From the sequence record SRR2962707_543: a stretch of 64,000 nt of DNA, one strand, 5' to 3'. A program made the position numbers and the translations under genes. Positions 39,340 to 52,180 of this stretch are shown one piece after another. Every line of letters starts with the position of its first letter. Positions within the stretch are counted from its first letter, which is position 1. Under the pieces are notes generated by a model. It worked only from the letters and a program-made list of their open reading frames with translations, made no database searches and was not told where the DNA came from.

Positions 39340-40010
39340 TTAATCAGAGCATTGAATGTGTAATTTTTGACTGCGATGGCGTGCTCATTGATAGCGAGAT
39401 ATTAAGCGGCAAAATTTTGATCGAGCAATTGGCAACGGTCGGCGTCGATGTTGATTTTCCCTATGTGCAAAAGCATTTTTTGGGACGTAGCTGGGTTAAA
39501 ATTGTCGATGAAATGCGCAAAAGCTATGGCCTCGATTTGGGCGAAGCATTTGAGAACGGTTATCGTGAGAGGTTGCTCGCAGCATTTGAGACTGACTTAA
39601 AGCCAGTTGACGGTGTTGTTGACGTGCTGCGAAATTTGTCTGTTCCCTATTGTTTAGCAACCAGCAGCAGTCCGCGCCGTGTTGCGCGCTCGCTCCAAAT
39701 TCTTGGGTTGACCGATTTTTTTGGTGCCAATGTGTTTACCGCATCTCAGGTAAAAAACGGAAAGCCAGCTCCGGATCTTTTCCTATTTGCTGCTGATACA
39801 ATGAGAATGAAGCCTGAGAATTGTCTTGTTATCGAAGACAGTTTGCCGGGCGTTCAAGCCGCCCAAGCAGCTCAGATGAATGTTGCGCGTTTTATGGGTG
39901 GTAGTCATCTGCTTGGGCAATTAGAAGCCAGTCAACAATCACTTGCTGATGTGCTGCACTTTGACAAATGGGAATATTTCTTCTCAATATCGCCCAAATT
40001 AAAAAAATAG
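39336..40010 (+). CDS. HAD-family phosphatase
   Basis: FDCDGVLIDSE, ATSS, GKPAPDLF, IEDS motifs. Confidence 0.9.
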   Translation: MINQSIECVIFDCDGVLIDSEILSGKILIEQLATVGVDVDFPYVQKHFLGRSWVKIVDEMRKSYGLDLGEAFENGYRERLLAAFETDLKPVDGVVDVLRNLSVPYCLATSSSPRRVARSLQILGLTDFFGANVFTASQVKNGKPAPDLFLFAADTMRMKPENCLVIEDSLPGVQAAQAAQMNVARFMGGSHLLGQLEASQQSLADVLHFDKWEYFFSISPKLKK

Positions 40011-40027
40011 AAACTGGAATTCAAACC

Positions 40028-40981
40028 ATGTCGAACCGCCAGGGCAGTGAAGTAAGCCGATTAGATGATGCTGCGCGTGCGGGCTGGCTCTATTATGTTG
40101 CTGGGAATACCCAAGATGAGATTGCGCGCAAACTTGGCGTATCGCGCCAGTCTGCGCAGCGACTTGTTTCGCTAGCAGTGACTGAGAAATTGATCAAAGT
40201 GCGTCTTGATCATCCCATCGCCCGATGCATGGAACTTGCCCATAGTTTGAAACAGAAATTTGATTTGCAGATATGTGAAGTGGTGCCCAGCGACCCTGAT
40301 GCACCCCTCGCGCTAACCGGCGTTGCACAGGTCGCGGCTGCCGAATTGGAACGCTACCTAAAGTCTGACCATCCAAAAATTATTGCTTTGGGAACAGGGC
40401 GCGCGCTACGCGCCTGCGTGGAGCAATTGCCGCCAATGGATTGTCCGCAGCACCGCATTGTCTCGTTGTTGGGCAACATGATGTCTGATGGCGCGGCGAC
40501 CGCCTATAACGTGGTTATTCGTATGGCAGACCGTGTGAATGCGCGGCACTATCCAATGCCCACGCCGGTTTTTACGCGCACTGTGGAAGAAAAGCATTTG
40601 TTGCAAAGCCAAGAGGCGGTGCACAATATCTTAGAATTAGCGCGGCACGCCGATATTACGTTTGTGGGTATTGGCAATATTGGCGAAAGCGCGCCGCTGA
40701 GTATTGACGGATTTGTGAACCGTGATGAAACACGCGCCTTGCTCAAAGCGGGCGCTGTTGGCGAGATCACATCTTGGGTCTTCGATGAAAAGGGCGTACT
40801 CATTGACGGACTGACGAATGACCGCGTTGCGAGTTCTGAGCTGCGAATCGCACCTGAAAAACCAGTGATCGCGATTGCCGTTGGGCCTATTAAAGCGCCT
40901 GCAATTCGTGCAGCGATGGTTGGTAAATTAGTCAATGGACTGATGACAGATGAAGCAACAGCTGAGTTGTTGCTTGCTTAA
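40028..40981 (+). CDS. smoC: SorC-type sugar-binding regulator of the polyol operon
   Basis: DDAARAGWLYY..TQDEIA, LGTGR, MTDE.TA motifs; precedes smoEFGK. Confidence 0.88.
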   Translation: MSNRQGSEVSRLDDAARAGWLYYVAGNTQDEIARKLGVSRQSAQRLVSLAVTEKLIKVRLDHPIARCMELAHSLKQKFDLQICEVVPSDPDAPLALTGVAQVAAAELERYLKSDHPKIIALGTGRALRACVEQLPPMDCPQHRIVSLLGNMMSDGAATAYNVVIRMADRVNARHYPMPTPVFTRTVEEKHLLQSQEAVHNILELARHADITFVGIGNIGESAPLSIDGFVNRDETRALLKAGAVGEITSWVFDEKGVLIDGLTNDRVASSELRIAPEKPVIAIAVGPIKAPAIRAAMVGKLVNGLMTDEATAELLLA

Positions 40982-41078
40982 CATTCTATTTGGTTTCACC
41001 AAGTCTCTGTAAACCCTGCATTTTTATCTTCCTCTTTTTAGATTTCAAAATCGCTGTTGACTCTTTGCTGTCGTTGAG

Positions 41079-41092
41079 TGAGTATTTGCTCG
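41079..41092. promoter_or_regulatory. Candidate SmoC operator
   Basis: Imperfect dyad TGAGTATTTGCTCG downstream of TTGACT (41057-41062). Confidence 0.4.
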
Positions 41093-41133
41093 TTAACGTA
41101 GCATTTGCCCACTTGCGGCAATGGGAGGAAATT

Positions 41134-42438
41134 ATGAAGAATTTTACAAGCGCACTTTTGTGCGCGTCGGCGTTATCTGTTTTTGCGACAGGGGCAATGG
41201 CTGATAAACTGACGATCGCCACAGTGAACAATGGTGATATGATCCGTATGCAGGGCCTAACTGAAGATTTCACAGCTAAAACTGGCCATGAAGTTGAATG
41301 GGTTACCTTGGAAGAAAACGTGCTGCGTCAGCGCGTAACAACTGACATCACCACTAAAGGCGGCGCTTTCGATATCATGACAATTGGTATGTACGAAACG
41401 CCAATCTGGGGCAAAAACGGTTGGCTCGTGCCACTCGATGATTTGTCTGCTGACTACAATGTAGGTGATATTCTACCTGCAATGAGCGGTGGTTTGTCTT
41501 ATGACGGTACGCTTTTTGCTGCACCATTTTATGGTGAAAGCTCAATGATCATGTTCCGTACTGATCTTATGGAAAAAGCAGGCATGGAAATGCCATCTGC
41601 GCCAACATGGGATTTTATTCGCAAAGCTGCGGCTGCGATGACCGATCGTGACAATGAAATCAATGGCATCTGTCTACGCGGTAAAGCTGGCTGGGGTGAG
41701 GGCGGTGCTTTCATTACTGCAATGTCTAACTCATTCGGCGCACGCTGGTTCGATATGGATTGGAACCCACAGTTTGACACTCAACCTTGGGCAGACACAG
41801 TCAACTTCTTCAAAGGTATGATGGATGAGTCTGGTCCTGCGGGTTACGCGACAAATGGTTTTAATGAAAACCTGTCTCTTTTCCAGCAAGGCAAATGCGG
41901 TATGTGGATTGATGCAACCGTTGCTGCATCTTTCGTAACGAACCCAAATGATTCAACTGTCGCTGACAGCGTTGGTTTTGCGCTTGCGCCGGACAATGGC
42001 CTGGGCAAACGCTCAAACTGGTTGTGGGCATGGGCTTTGGCTATTCCTGCCGGTACGAAAAATGAAGCTGCCGCTAAAGAGTTCATCGAATGGGCGACTG
42101 GCACAGGCTACATTGAGTTGGTCGCATCTAAAGAAGGTTGGGCAAACGTACCTCCAGGTGCGCGCACATCACTCTACGAAAATCCTGAGTACCAAAAGGT
42201 TCCATTCTCAAAAATGACCTTGGACTCGATCCTAACAGCGGATCCGAACAGCCCAACTGTTGAGCCAGTTCCTTATGTAGGTGTTCAATTTGCGGCTATT
42301 CCTGAGTTCGCTGGTATTGCGACTGATGTCAGCCAAGAATTCTCCGCTGCTTATGCAGGTCAGCAAACCGTGGAAGAAGCACTGGCAAAAGCGCAAGCTT
42401 TGACCAATGACGCCATGGAAGCAGCTGGCTACAAGTAA
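41134..42438 (+). CDS. smoE: Sorbitol/mannitol ABC transporter substrate-binding protein
   Basis: TIATVNNGDM, LEENVLRQRVTTD, CLRGKAGWGE motifs; GGGAGG RBS. Confidence 0.92.
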   Translation: MKNFTSALLCASALSVFATGAMADKLTIATVNNGDMIRMQGLTEDFTAKTGHEVEWVTLEENVLRQRVTTDITTKGGAFDIMTIGMYETPIWGKNGWLVPLDDLSADYNVGDILPAMSGGLSYDGTLFAAPFYGESSMIMFRTDLMEKAGMEMPSAPTWDFIRKAAAAMTDRDNEINGICLRGKAGWGEGGAFITAMSNSFGARWFDMDWNPQFDTQPWADTVNFFKGMMDESGPAGYATNGFNENLSLFQQGKCGMWIDATVAASFVTNPNDSTVADSVGFALAPDNGLGKRSNWLWAWALAIPAGTKNEAAAKEFIEWATGTGYIELVASKEGWANVPPGARTSLYENPEYQKVPFSKMTLDSILTADPNSPTVEPVPYVGVQFAAIPEFAGIATDVSQEFSAAYAGQQTVEEALAKAQALTNDAMEAAGYK

Positions 42439-42449
42439 GCTCTCCCAAG

Positions 42450-42476
42450 TAAGGGGCCGTGTTTTACGGCCCCTTA
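42450..42476. other. Intercistronic hairpin after smoE (mRNA stabiliser or partial terminator)
   Basis: TAAGGGGCCGT-GTTTT-ACGGCCCCTTA, perfect 11-bp stem. Confidence 0.7.
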
Positions 42477-42550
42477 TGATCTAATCTGCACACTTAAAAT
42501 TGCAACTGAAGGTCTGAGACGTATTTGCGTCAACAGGAGATGTGCATCAA

Positions 42551-43417
42551 ATGGCAACAAAAAATTCAAGATCTGCCGCCCGTTTTATGCTGGCCCCCGC
42601 AGTCATTTTATTACTCGGCTGGATGCTCGTCCCGCTCACGATGACTTTGTGGTTTTCGTTTAGAAAATATCTGCCATTGCGCGGCGGTGATTTGGGCTGG
42701 GTTGGGTTTGAAAACTACGTCCGTTTCGTCACCTCCAGCGCCTTTTGGCCCTCAGTATATACAACTCTAATTATCGTTGGTGGTGTTCTAGCTATCACCA
42801 TGGTTTTGGGCGTTTTGTTAGCTTTGCTGCTCGACCAACCCATGTGGGGACAGGGCGTTGTACGCATTCTTGTGATTGCGCCCTTCTTTGTGATGCCTAC
42901 CGTCTCTGCACTTGTTTGGAAAAACATGTTCTTGGATTCTTCCAACGGGCTATTTGCCCATTTGTGGCGCGCTTTTGGCGCAACGCCCGTTGAGTGGTTA
43001 AGTCAGGCCCCCATCGGATCGATCATATTGATCGTCAGCTGGCAGTGGCTGCCATTTGCAACGCTTATTCTATTAACTGCCGTTCAATCGCTTGACGGCG
43101 AACAGCTTGAGGCATCCGAGATGGACGGCGCCAAGCCAGTGCAGCGCTTTGGCTATATTATTTTGCCGCATCTTGCGCGTGCCATCACAATCGTGGTGCT
43201 GATCCAGACAATTTTTCTTCTGTCGATCTTCGCCGAGATATTTGTGACGACAGGCGGTGCATTCGGAACGAAGACACTCTCTTACCTTATTTTCCAGCGT
43301 GTTCTTGAAAGTCAGAACATAGGACTTGGATCCGCCGGCGGCATCTATGCTGTCATCCTAGCCAATATCATTGCGATCTTCTTGATGCGCATTGTCGGCA
43401 AAAACTTGGACGCGTGA
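42551..43417 (+). CDS. smoF: Polyol ABC permease
   Basis: WQWLPFA and EASEMDGA (EAA loop). Confidence 0.9.
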   Translation: MATKNSRSAARFMLAPAVILLLGWMLVPLTMTLWFSFRKYLPLRGGDLGWVGFENYVRFVTSSAFWPSVYTTLIIVGGVLAITMVLGVLLALLLDQPMWGQGVVRILVIAPFFVMPTVSALVWKNMFLDSSNGLFAHLWRAFGATPVEWLSQAPIGSIILIVSWQWLPFATLILLTAVQSLDGEQLEASEMDGAKPVQRFGYIILPHLARAITIVVLIQTIFLLSIFAEIFVTTGGAFGTKTLSYLIFQRVLESQNIGLGSAGGIYAVILANIIAIFLMRIVGKNLDA

Positions 43418-43430
43418 GAAGGAACTGAAA

Positions 43431-44261
43431 ATGGCCCGTGCAGTTACGACAAATCGCAAAATTATCAATAGCGTCGCCGCTTGGTTTATTGGCTTGGTAA
43501 TCTTTTTCCCGATCCTGTGGACAATACTAACGAGTTTCAAAACCGAGGCTCAGGCAATTTCGTACCCGCCTGTATTCCTGTTCTTTGACTGGACGCTGGA
43601 CAACTATGGCGTCGTACAAGAGCGCTCCAATTATGCGCGTTTTTTATGGAACTCGATCTTCATTGCAGGTGGCTCCACCATCCTTGGTGTATTAATCGCT
43701 ATCCCTGCGGCGTGGTCTATGGCCTTTGTTCCATCACGGAAAACCAAAGACATTCTCCTATGGATGCTCTCAACAAAAATGCTGCCAGCTGTGGGCGTGC
43801 TGTATCCAATCTATTTGATCTTCATTGAGCTGGGTCTGCTTGATAGCATATTGGGTTTGACGATCATCATCATGCTGATCAATCTGCCGATTATCATCTG
43901 GATGCTGTACACTTATTTCCGCGAAATTCCTGTAGACATTTTGGAAGCCGCGCGGATGGATGGTGCGTCCTTAAAATCGGAAATCATCTACATTCTAACG
44001 CCCATGGCGGTGCCTGGTATCGCTTCAACGCTTCTGTTGAACTTCATTCTGGCTTGGAACGAATCCTTCTGGACGCTTAACCTTACAGCGGCGCAAGCAG
44101 CGCCATTGACCGCCTTTATTGCGAGCTACTCAAGTCCTGAAGGCTTGTTCTACGCAAAGCTATCGGCGGCTTCAACAATGGCAATTGCGCCAATCCTCAT
44201 CCTTGGTTGGTTCAGCCAAAAACAACTTGTCCGCGGCCTTACATTTGGCGCAGTTAAATAG
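43431..44261 (+). CDS. smoG: Polyol ABC permease
   Basis: [11 protein letters not shown] and [14 protein letters not shown] motifs. Confidence 0.9.
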   Translation: MARAVTTNRKIINSVAAWFIGLVIFFPILWTILTSFKTEAQAISYPPVFLFFDWTLDNYGVVQERSNYARFLWNSIFIAGGSTILGVLIAIPAAWSMAFVPSRKTKDILLWMLSTKMLPAVGVLYPIYLIFIELGLLDSILGLTIIIMLINLPIIIWMLYTYFREIPVDILEAARMDGASLKSEIIYILTPMAVPGIASTLLLNFILAWNESFWTLNLTAAQAAPLTAFIASYSSPEGLFYAKLSAASTMAIAPILILGWFSQKQLVRGLTFGAVK

Positions 44262-44269
44262 GTGAAATC

Positions 44270-45274
44270 ATGGGACGCATTACTTTAAAACAAATCACCA
44301 AGCGCTTCGGCGAAGTCGAAGTTATTCCGCCGCTTGATCTTGAAATTAATGATGGCGAGTTTGTTGTCTTCGTTGGCCCGTCTGGTTGCGGTAAATCGAC
44401 TTTGCTTCGCCTGATTGCCGGTCTTGAAGATGTCACCAGCGGCAACATCGAAATTAATGGCAATGACGCCACTAAAATTTCGCCAGCACAGCGCGGCCTC
44501 GCGATGGTGTTTCAGTCTTACGCGCTTTATCCGCATATGAGTGTGCGCAAGAACATTGGTTTCCCGCTGAAAATGGCGGGCATTGATAAGGCGGTTGCGG
44601 ACAAGAAAATTGCGGATGCGGCCAGCGTTCTTAACTTGACGGACTATCTTGATCGCCGCCCTGGCCAACTATCTGGCGGTCAACGCCAACGTGTTGCTAT
44701 TGGCCGTGCTATTGTTCGTGAACCCGATGCGTTTCTATTTGATGAGCCATTGTCAAACCTTGATGCGGCGCTGCGCGTAAACATGCGTCTTGAGATATCT
44801 GAACTGCATCAGCAGCTTAAAACCACGATGATCTATGTAACGCACGATCAGGTGGAAGCGATGACGATGGCCGACAAAATCGTCGTTCTTCGCGCGGGTA
44901 ATATTGAGCAGGTTGGTTCACCCATCGAACTATATAAGAAGCCTGCCAATTTGTTTGTTGCTGGCTTTATTGGCTCGCCTAAAATGAATTTCGTAACTGG
45001 GGCAGAAGCTGACAAATTTGGTGCGCATACGATTGGTATACGTCCTGAACATTTGCTCGTTTCAAAAGATAAAGGCACATGGAAAGGCACTGTCGGCGTT
45101 TCCGAACATTTGGGGTCAGATACGTTCCTGCGCGTCAATGTGCCGGGGCAAACAGAAGGGCTTGTTGTGCGGGCAGAAGGCGACGTTGAGCTTTATCATG
45201 GTGATATAGTTTATTTAACGCCTGAAGATCCATCGCGTGTCTATAAATTTGATAAAAGCGGACTTGCGATCTAA
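44270..45274 (+). CDS. smoK: Polyol ABC ATPase
   Basis: [13 protein letters not shown] and [10 protein letters not shown] motifs. Confidence 0.92.
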   Translation: MGRITLKQITKRFGEVEVIPPLDLEINDGEFVVFVGPSGCGKSTLLRLIAGLEDVTSGNIEINGNDATKISPAQRGLAMVFQSYALYPHMSVRKNIGFPLKMAGIDKAVADKKIADAASVLNLTDYLDRRPGQLSGGQRQRVAIGRAIVREPDAFLFDEPLSNLDAALRVNMRLEISELHQQLKTTMIYVTHDQVEAMTMADKIVVLRAGNIEQVGSPIELYKKPANLFVAGFIGSPKMNFVTGAEADKFGAHTIGIRPEHLLVSKDKGTWKGTVGVSEHLGSDTFLRVNVPGQTEGLVVRAEGDVELYHGDIVYLTPEDPSRVYKFDKSGLAI

Positions 45275-46047
45275 TGAAACAGCTTGATGGAAAGACTGCG
45301 CTCATCACGGGCGCAGCGCGCGGTATTGGCCGTGCATTTGCGGAACGCTATGTTCGCGAAGGTGCCACAGTCGCCATTGGTGACATTGATATCGCGCGTG
45401 CTGAAAAGACGGCTCAGGAAATTGGTGAACAGGCCTTTGCCGTGCATCTTGATGTGACCGATCAAGGCTCGATTGATCGCGCGATTGCGACAATTGTCGA
45501 GCGTGAAGGCAAGATCGATATTTTGATCAATAATGCGGCTTTGTTTGATCTTGCGCCGATTGTTGAGATTACACGTGCGAGCTACGAACGGCTTTTTTCA
45601 ATCAATGTTGCAGGGTCTTTATTCACGCTCCAAGCGGTTGCTAAATCCATGATTGCCCATGGCCAAGGCGGCAAAATTATCAATATGGCAAGCCAAGCAG
45701 GGCGGCGCGGCGAAGCTCTGGTTGGCGTCTATTGCGCAACCAAGGCAGCGATTATCAGTCTGACACAATCGGCCGGTCTCGACCTTATCAAACACGGCAT
45801 CAACGTGAACGCGATTGCGCCCGGTGTTGTAGACGGCGAACATTGGGAAGGCGTTGATGCGCTTTTTGCCAAACATGAAAACCGGCCCATCGGCGAAAAG
45901 AAAAAGCTCGTGGGAGAGGCGGTTCCCTTCGGACGAATGGGTACTGCAGAAGACTTAACCGGCATGGCGGTTTTTCTGGCTTCATCGGACGCCGATTACA
46001 TCGTCGCCCAGACCTATAATGTCGATGGCGGAAACTGGATGAGCTAA
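45274..46047 (+). CDS. smoS: Sorbitol (L-iditol) dehydrogenase, SDR family
   Basis: TGAARGIG, ASQAGRRGEALV, YCATK, APGVVDGEHW motifs. Confidence 0.92.
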   Translation: MKQLDGKTALITGAARGIGRAFAERYVREGATVAIGDIDIARAEKTAQEIGEQAFAVHLDVTDQGSIDRAIATIVEREGKIDILINNAALFDLAPIVEITRASYERLFSINVAGSLFTLQAVAKSMIAHGQGGKIINMASQAGRRGEALVGVYCATKAAIISLTQSAGLDLIKHGINVNAIAPGVVDGEHWEGVDALFAKHENRPIGEKKKLVGEAVPFGRMGTAEDLTGMAVFLASSDADYIVAQTYNVDGGNWMS

Positions 46048-47516
46048 TGGCAGAAAAACTAAACACAGCATTATTAGATGATCTGCCGTCCGGCGTAAGC
46101 GGTCTTGGCTATGACCGTAGCGCTTTGACAGCTGGTATTGTGCATATTGGCGTTGGCAATTTTCACCGTGCCCATCAGGCTATTTATCTAAACCGGCTTT
46201 TCGCGCTGCAAGAGGATCATGATTGGGCGATCATTGGGGCTGGCGTTAAACCCTATGATGCGGCGATGCGCGATAAATTGGCAGCGCAAGATTATCTGAC
46301 GACGATTGTGGAGTTAGACCCAACGGGCCTTAGTGCGCAAATCTGCGGCTCAATGATTGATTTTTTGAAGGTTGATCCCGCAGCGCTTATTGATGGTTTG
46401 TCCGATGCAGCCATTCGCATTGTGTCGCTCACAGTGACCGAAGGCGGGTACTATGTTGATGCGAAGACTGGCAAGCTAGATATCAACAATCCAGAAATTC
46501 AAACCGATATTGCAGCTTTAGATCATCCCAAAACCGTGTTCGGTATTCTCATTGCGGCGCTGAAGATGCGCCGCGACAACGGCATCGCACCTTTCACAGT
46601 GATGTCATGTGATAATTTGCCAGAAAATGGCCATGTGGCCAAACAGGCAGTTGTTGGCTTGGCGCGTGCGCAGGATGCAAGTTTTGCCGATTGGATTGAG
46701 GCCAATGTCGCTTTTCCAAATGGCATGGTTGATTGCATAACACCGGCAACGTCAGCCCGTGAAATTGATATGGTTTCGAATAAATTCGGCATTGTTGATG
46801 CTTCGCCGGTTGCTTGTGAACCTTTCCGCCAGTGGGTGCTGGAAGATAAATTTACACTTGGTCGCCCGCAGCTTGAAAAAGTTGGCGTTGAATTTGTTGA
46901 CGATGTCGCGCCCTACGAATTGATGAAATTGCGCATCTTAAACGGCGGTCACGCGGCGATTGCTTATCCGTCAGCGCTTATGGGCCATGTCTATGTTCAC
47001 GAAGGCATGCGTGATCCACTCGTAAACGGATTTTTGAAAAAGCTGGAAAACGAAGAAATCATTCCAACGGTGCCTAAAATTGACGGTGTTAGCTTTGAAG
47101 CTTATTTTGAAAAGGTGCAGGAGCGTTTTGCCAATGAAGAAGTTGGCGACACGATTGCCCGCCTTTGTTTAGATGGTTCAAACAGGCAGCCGAAGTTCAT
47201 TTTGCCGACTATTCATGACCGTTTGGCTAAGGGCTTACCCGTGGATGGTTTGGCGCTGGAAGTTGCGCTGTGGTGCCGTTATTGCGCCGGTATTGATGAT
47301 AATGGCTATGCCATCAAAATCGATGATATGGCTGCTGAGCGGCTCAATGATCATGCGACACGCGCAAAATCGAACCCGTCTATCTGGCTTGAATTGACCG
47401 AAATTGTCGGCGATCTTGGCGAGAGTTCCGAATTCGTTGAAGCCTTTGCCAATGCGCTCAATAATCTTTGGCGTGACGGCACGAAGGCGACGCTTGAACG
47501 CTATATTGCTGATTAA
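46047..47516 (+). CDS. mtlK: Mannitol dehydrogenase
   Basis: HIGVGNFHRAHQA, TVTEGGY, SCDN, PNGMVDCITP, KLRILNGGH motifs. Confidence 0.92.
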   Translation: MAEKLNTALLDDLPSGVSGLGYDRSALTAGIVHIGVGNFHRAHQAIYLNRLFALQEDHDWAIIGAGVKPYDAAMRDKLAAQDYLTTIVELDPTGLSAQICGSMIDFLKVDPAALIDGLSDAAIRIVSLTVTEGGYYVDAKTGKLDINNPEIQTDIAALDHPKTVFGILIAALKMRRDNGIAPFTVMSCDNLPENGHVAKQAVVGLARAQDASFADWIEANVAFPNGMVDCITPATSAREIDMVSNKFGIVDASPVACEPFRQWVLEDKFTLGRPQLEKVGVEFVDDVAPYELMKLRILNGGHAAIAYPSALMGHVYVHEGMRDPLVNGFLKKLENEEIIPTVPKIDGVSFEAYFEKVQERFANEEVGDTIARLCLDGSNRQPKFILPTIHDRLAKGLPVDGLALEVALWCRYCAGIDDNGYAIKIDDMAAERLNDHATRAKSNPSIWLELTEIVGDLGESSEFVEAFANALNNLWRDGTKATLERYIAD

Positions 47517-47593
47517 TAACACTAAATTTATCTGATGTGCGAAATTATTTTAGGTGATTGACACAATAGGTCTTGCAGCCTAGCTTCCAAAGC

Positions 47594-49627
<2,034 letters not shown>

Positions 49628-50605
49628 ATGCGCATCGTCATGAAAGGCGCAGGGGTTGCCGGATTAACGGCAGCTTATGCGCTCAAGAGAAGCGGTTTTG
49701 AGGTGATGGTTGCAGAAAAATCTGCAGCCATCGGCCTTGGTGCGTCTCACTATGCGGGGGGCATGTTGGCCCCTTGGTGTGAAGGGGAAAGCGCTGACAA
49801 CAGAGTTGTCGATGCTGGTAAAATGTCAATAGAATGGTGGGATAAAGCATTGCCCGGCCTTGTGGAACGCAAGGGGACTTTGGTTGTCGCGCCGCCGCGC
49901 GATAGCAGCGAGCTTGATCGGTTCGCGGCTCGCACTGCGGGCTTTGAATGGGTCAATGAAGCGCAAATCGCGATGCTTGAACCATCACTCGCGGGACGGT
50001 TTAAGCGGGGGCTCTATTTTAAGGATGAGGCCCATCTTGATCCGCGCGTTGCGCTTGATGCGCTCTATCGCCATTTATTGGCGATGGGTGTGACTTTCAA
50101 ATTTGGCGCTCAAGCCGCAGGCGATCTAGCGTGCGATAGCCTGATTGATTGCACAGGCGCTGGCGCAATCCATCATGGCGGCCTGCTGCGCGGTGTGCGC
50201 GGTGAAATGCTTTATCTACAAACCAAGGAAATTGCTCTTTCGCGGCCCGTCCGGCTGCTGCATCCGCGTATTCCGCTTTATATTGTGCCGCGTGCCGACA
50301 ATCGATTCATGGTGGGTGCAACCATGATCGAGAGCGATGATAGCGGTCCGATCAGTGTGCGCTCGATCATGGAATTATTAAATAGCGCCTATGCGCTTCA
50401 TCCCGCCTTTGGTGAGGCGCAATTGATAGAAGCGGGTAGCGGCGTGCGCCCTGCCTATGATGATAATATTCCGCAGCTCTCAGGCGCGGGGAAAAACTTC
50501 CTAATCAACGGTATGTACCGCCACGGTTTTTTGATGGCACCGTTTTTGGCTGAAGAATTAGCGTCACGCCTTTTGAGTAAAGACCATTGCAAGGAGCATT
50601 TATGA
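49628..50605 (+). CDS. thiO: Glycine oxidase
   Basis: GAGVAG, AGGMLAP, GVRPA, NGMYRHG motifs. Confidence 0.92.
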   Translation: MRIVMKGAGVAGLTAAYALKRSGFEVMVAEKSAAIGLGASHYAGGMLAPWCEGESADNRVVDAGKMSIEWWDKALPGLVERKGTLVVAPPRDSSELDRFAARTAGFEWVNEAQIAMLEPSLAGRFKRGLYFKDEAHLDPRVALDALYRHLLAMGVTFKFGAQAAGDLACDSLIDCTGAGAIHHGGLLRGVRGEMLYLQTKEIALSRPVRLLHPRIPLYIVPRADNRFMVGATMIESDDSGPISVRSIMELLNSAYALHPAFGEAQLIEAGSGVRPAYDDNIPQLSGAGKNFLINGMYRHGFLMAPFLAEELASRLLSKDHCKEHL

Positions 50606-50802
50606 CAATCTTTATCGTAAATGGCGAAGAGCGTTCGTTAGAAACCGACACTCTTGAGCAATTGCTCGCCGCGCTTGATTATGAGGGCGAATGGTTGGCC
50701 ACAGCGGTCAATGGCGAATTGGTGCATGCGTCTAAGCGGCAAAGTTTCTCGCTTTTTGATGGCGACAAGATCGAAATTCTAAGCCCAATGCAGGGAGGCT
50801 GA
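50602..50802 (+). CDS. thiS: Sulfur carrier protein
   Basis: VNGE...MQGG with C-terminal Gly-Gly; AGGAG RBS. Confidence 0.93.
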   Translation: MTIFIVNGEERSLETDTLEQLLAALDYEGEWLATAVNGELVHASKRQSFSLFDGDKIEILSPMQGG

Positions 50803-51578
50803 TGATGCTCAAACTCTATGATAAAGACATTGGCTCAAGACTGCTGCTTGGCACAGCACGTTATCCTTCCCCTGCAATTATGATCGATGCAATTAGTTCA
50901 TCGGGCACGCAGATTGTGACAGTGTCGCTGCGCCGCGAAACAGCGGGATCAGGCGGTGGCGGCCAATTTTTTGAGCGGATCAACGCGCTTGGCATTCATG
51001 TTTTGCCCAACACTGCTGGCTGTCACACCGCTAAGGAATCTGTTTTGACTGCCAAGATGGCGCGCGACATTTTCAAAACCAATTGGATTAAATTAGAAGT
51101 TATTGGCAACCATGACACCTTGCAGCCTGATGTGTTTCAGCTTGTCGAAGCGGCGCGTGAATTATGCGCGGAAGGCTTTGAGGTCTTTCCCTATATGACT
51201 GATGATCTTGTGGTTGCGGAACGCTTGTTAGAGGCTGGCTGCAAATTATTGATGCCATGGGCAGCTCCCATCGGCTCGGCGCAGGGGCCGATCAATCCGC
51301 AGGCTCTAAAGTCGCTGCGGGCTTATTTTCCAGATGTTCCGCTGATTGTGGACGCAGGGCTTGGGCGGCCATCTCATGCGGGCCACGTGATGGAGCTTGG
51401 CTATGATGCAGTGCTGCTCAACACGGCTGTTGCAGGAGCGGGCGATCCAGTGCTTATGGCTAAAGCCTTTGCACAAGCGATAGATGCAGGCCGTAATGCT
51501 CATCTCGCAGGCATGTTGGAGCCGCGTGATATGGCTGTTCCCTCAACGCCGATCATTGGTAAGGCGGTGTTCTCATGA
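50802..51578 (+). CDS. thiG: Thiazole synthase
   Basis: SRLLLGT, LPNTAGC, WIKLEV, VDAG motifs. Confidence 0.95.
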   Translation: MMLKLYDKDIGSRLLLGTARYPSPAIMIDAISSSGTQIVTVSLRRETAGSGGGGQFFERINALGIHVLPNTAGCHTAKESVLTAKMARDIFKTNWIKLEVIGNHDTLQPDVFQLVEAARELCAEGFEVFPYMTDDLVVAERLLEAGCKLLMPWAAPIGSAQGPINPQALKSLRAYFPDVPLIVDAGLGRPSHAGHVMELGYDAVLLNTAVAGAGDPVLMAKAFAQAIDAGRNAHLAGMLEPRDMAVPSTPIIGKAVFS

Positions 51579-52180
51579 GGCTCGATCCTTTTTATTTGAT
51601 TGTTGACAGCGCAGACTGGATTGAGCGGCTCGTGCCGCTGGGCGTGAAACTGGTGCAATTGCGCATGAAGGAGCATTCAGAAGCTGACATTCGCGCCCAT
51701 ATTCGCCGCGCAAAAGCCGTTTGTGCCGCTCATCAATGCCAATTGATTATCAATGATTATTGGCAGGTGGCGATTGAAGAGGGATGCGATTTTATTCATT
51801 TGGGGCAGGAAGATTTGGCCAGCGCCGATCTAAATGCCATTCGCGGTGCAGGCGTGAAGCTGGGCCTATCGACCCATGATGGCGCAGAGCTTTCAACCGC
51901 GCTTGCAGCCAAGCCTGATTATATTGCGCTCGGCCCTGTCTATCCAACGATCTTGAAAAAGATGAAGTGGGCGCCGCAGGGCTTGGAGAAAATTACCAGA
52001 TGGAAGCAGCAGGTAGGCTCTCTGCCGCTGGTTGCTATTGGTGGTTTAAATGTTGATCGCATCGATGGTGTGTTTGACCATGGTGCAGACAGTGCTGCGG
52101 TCGTGACCGATATTATCCTCAATAAAGACCCTGAAGCACGCACAATTGAGTGGATAAATAAAACGTCTAAATGGCGTTAG
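51575..52180 (+). CDS. thiE: Thiamine-phosphate synthase
   Basis: VQLRMK, IIND, HLGQED, STH, VAIGG motifs. Confidence 0.93.
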   Translation: MRLDPFYLIVDSADWIERLVPLGVKLVQLRMKEHSEADIRAHIRRAKAVCAAHQCQLIINDYWQVAIEEGCDFIHLGQEDLASADLNAIRGAGVKLGLSTHDGAELSTALAAKPDYIALGPVYPTILKKMKWAPQGLEKITRWKQQVGSLPLVAIGGLNVDRIDGVFDHGADSAAVVTDIILNKDPEARTIEWINKTSKWR

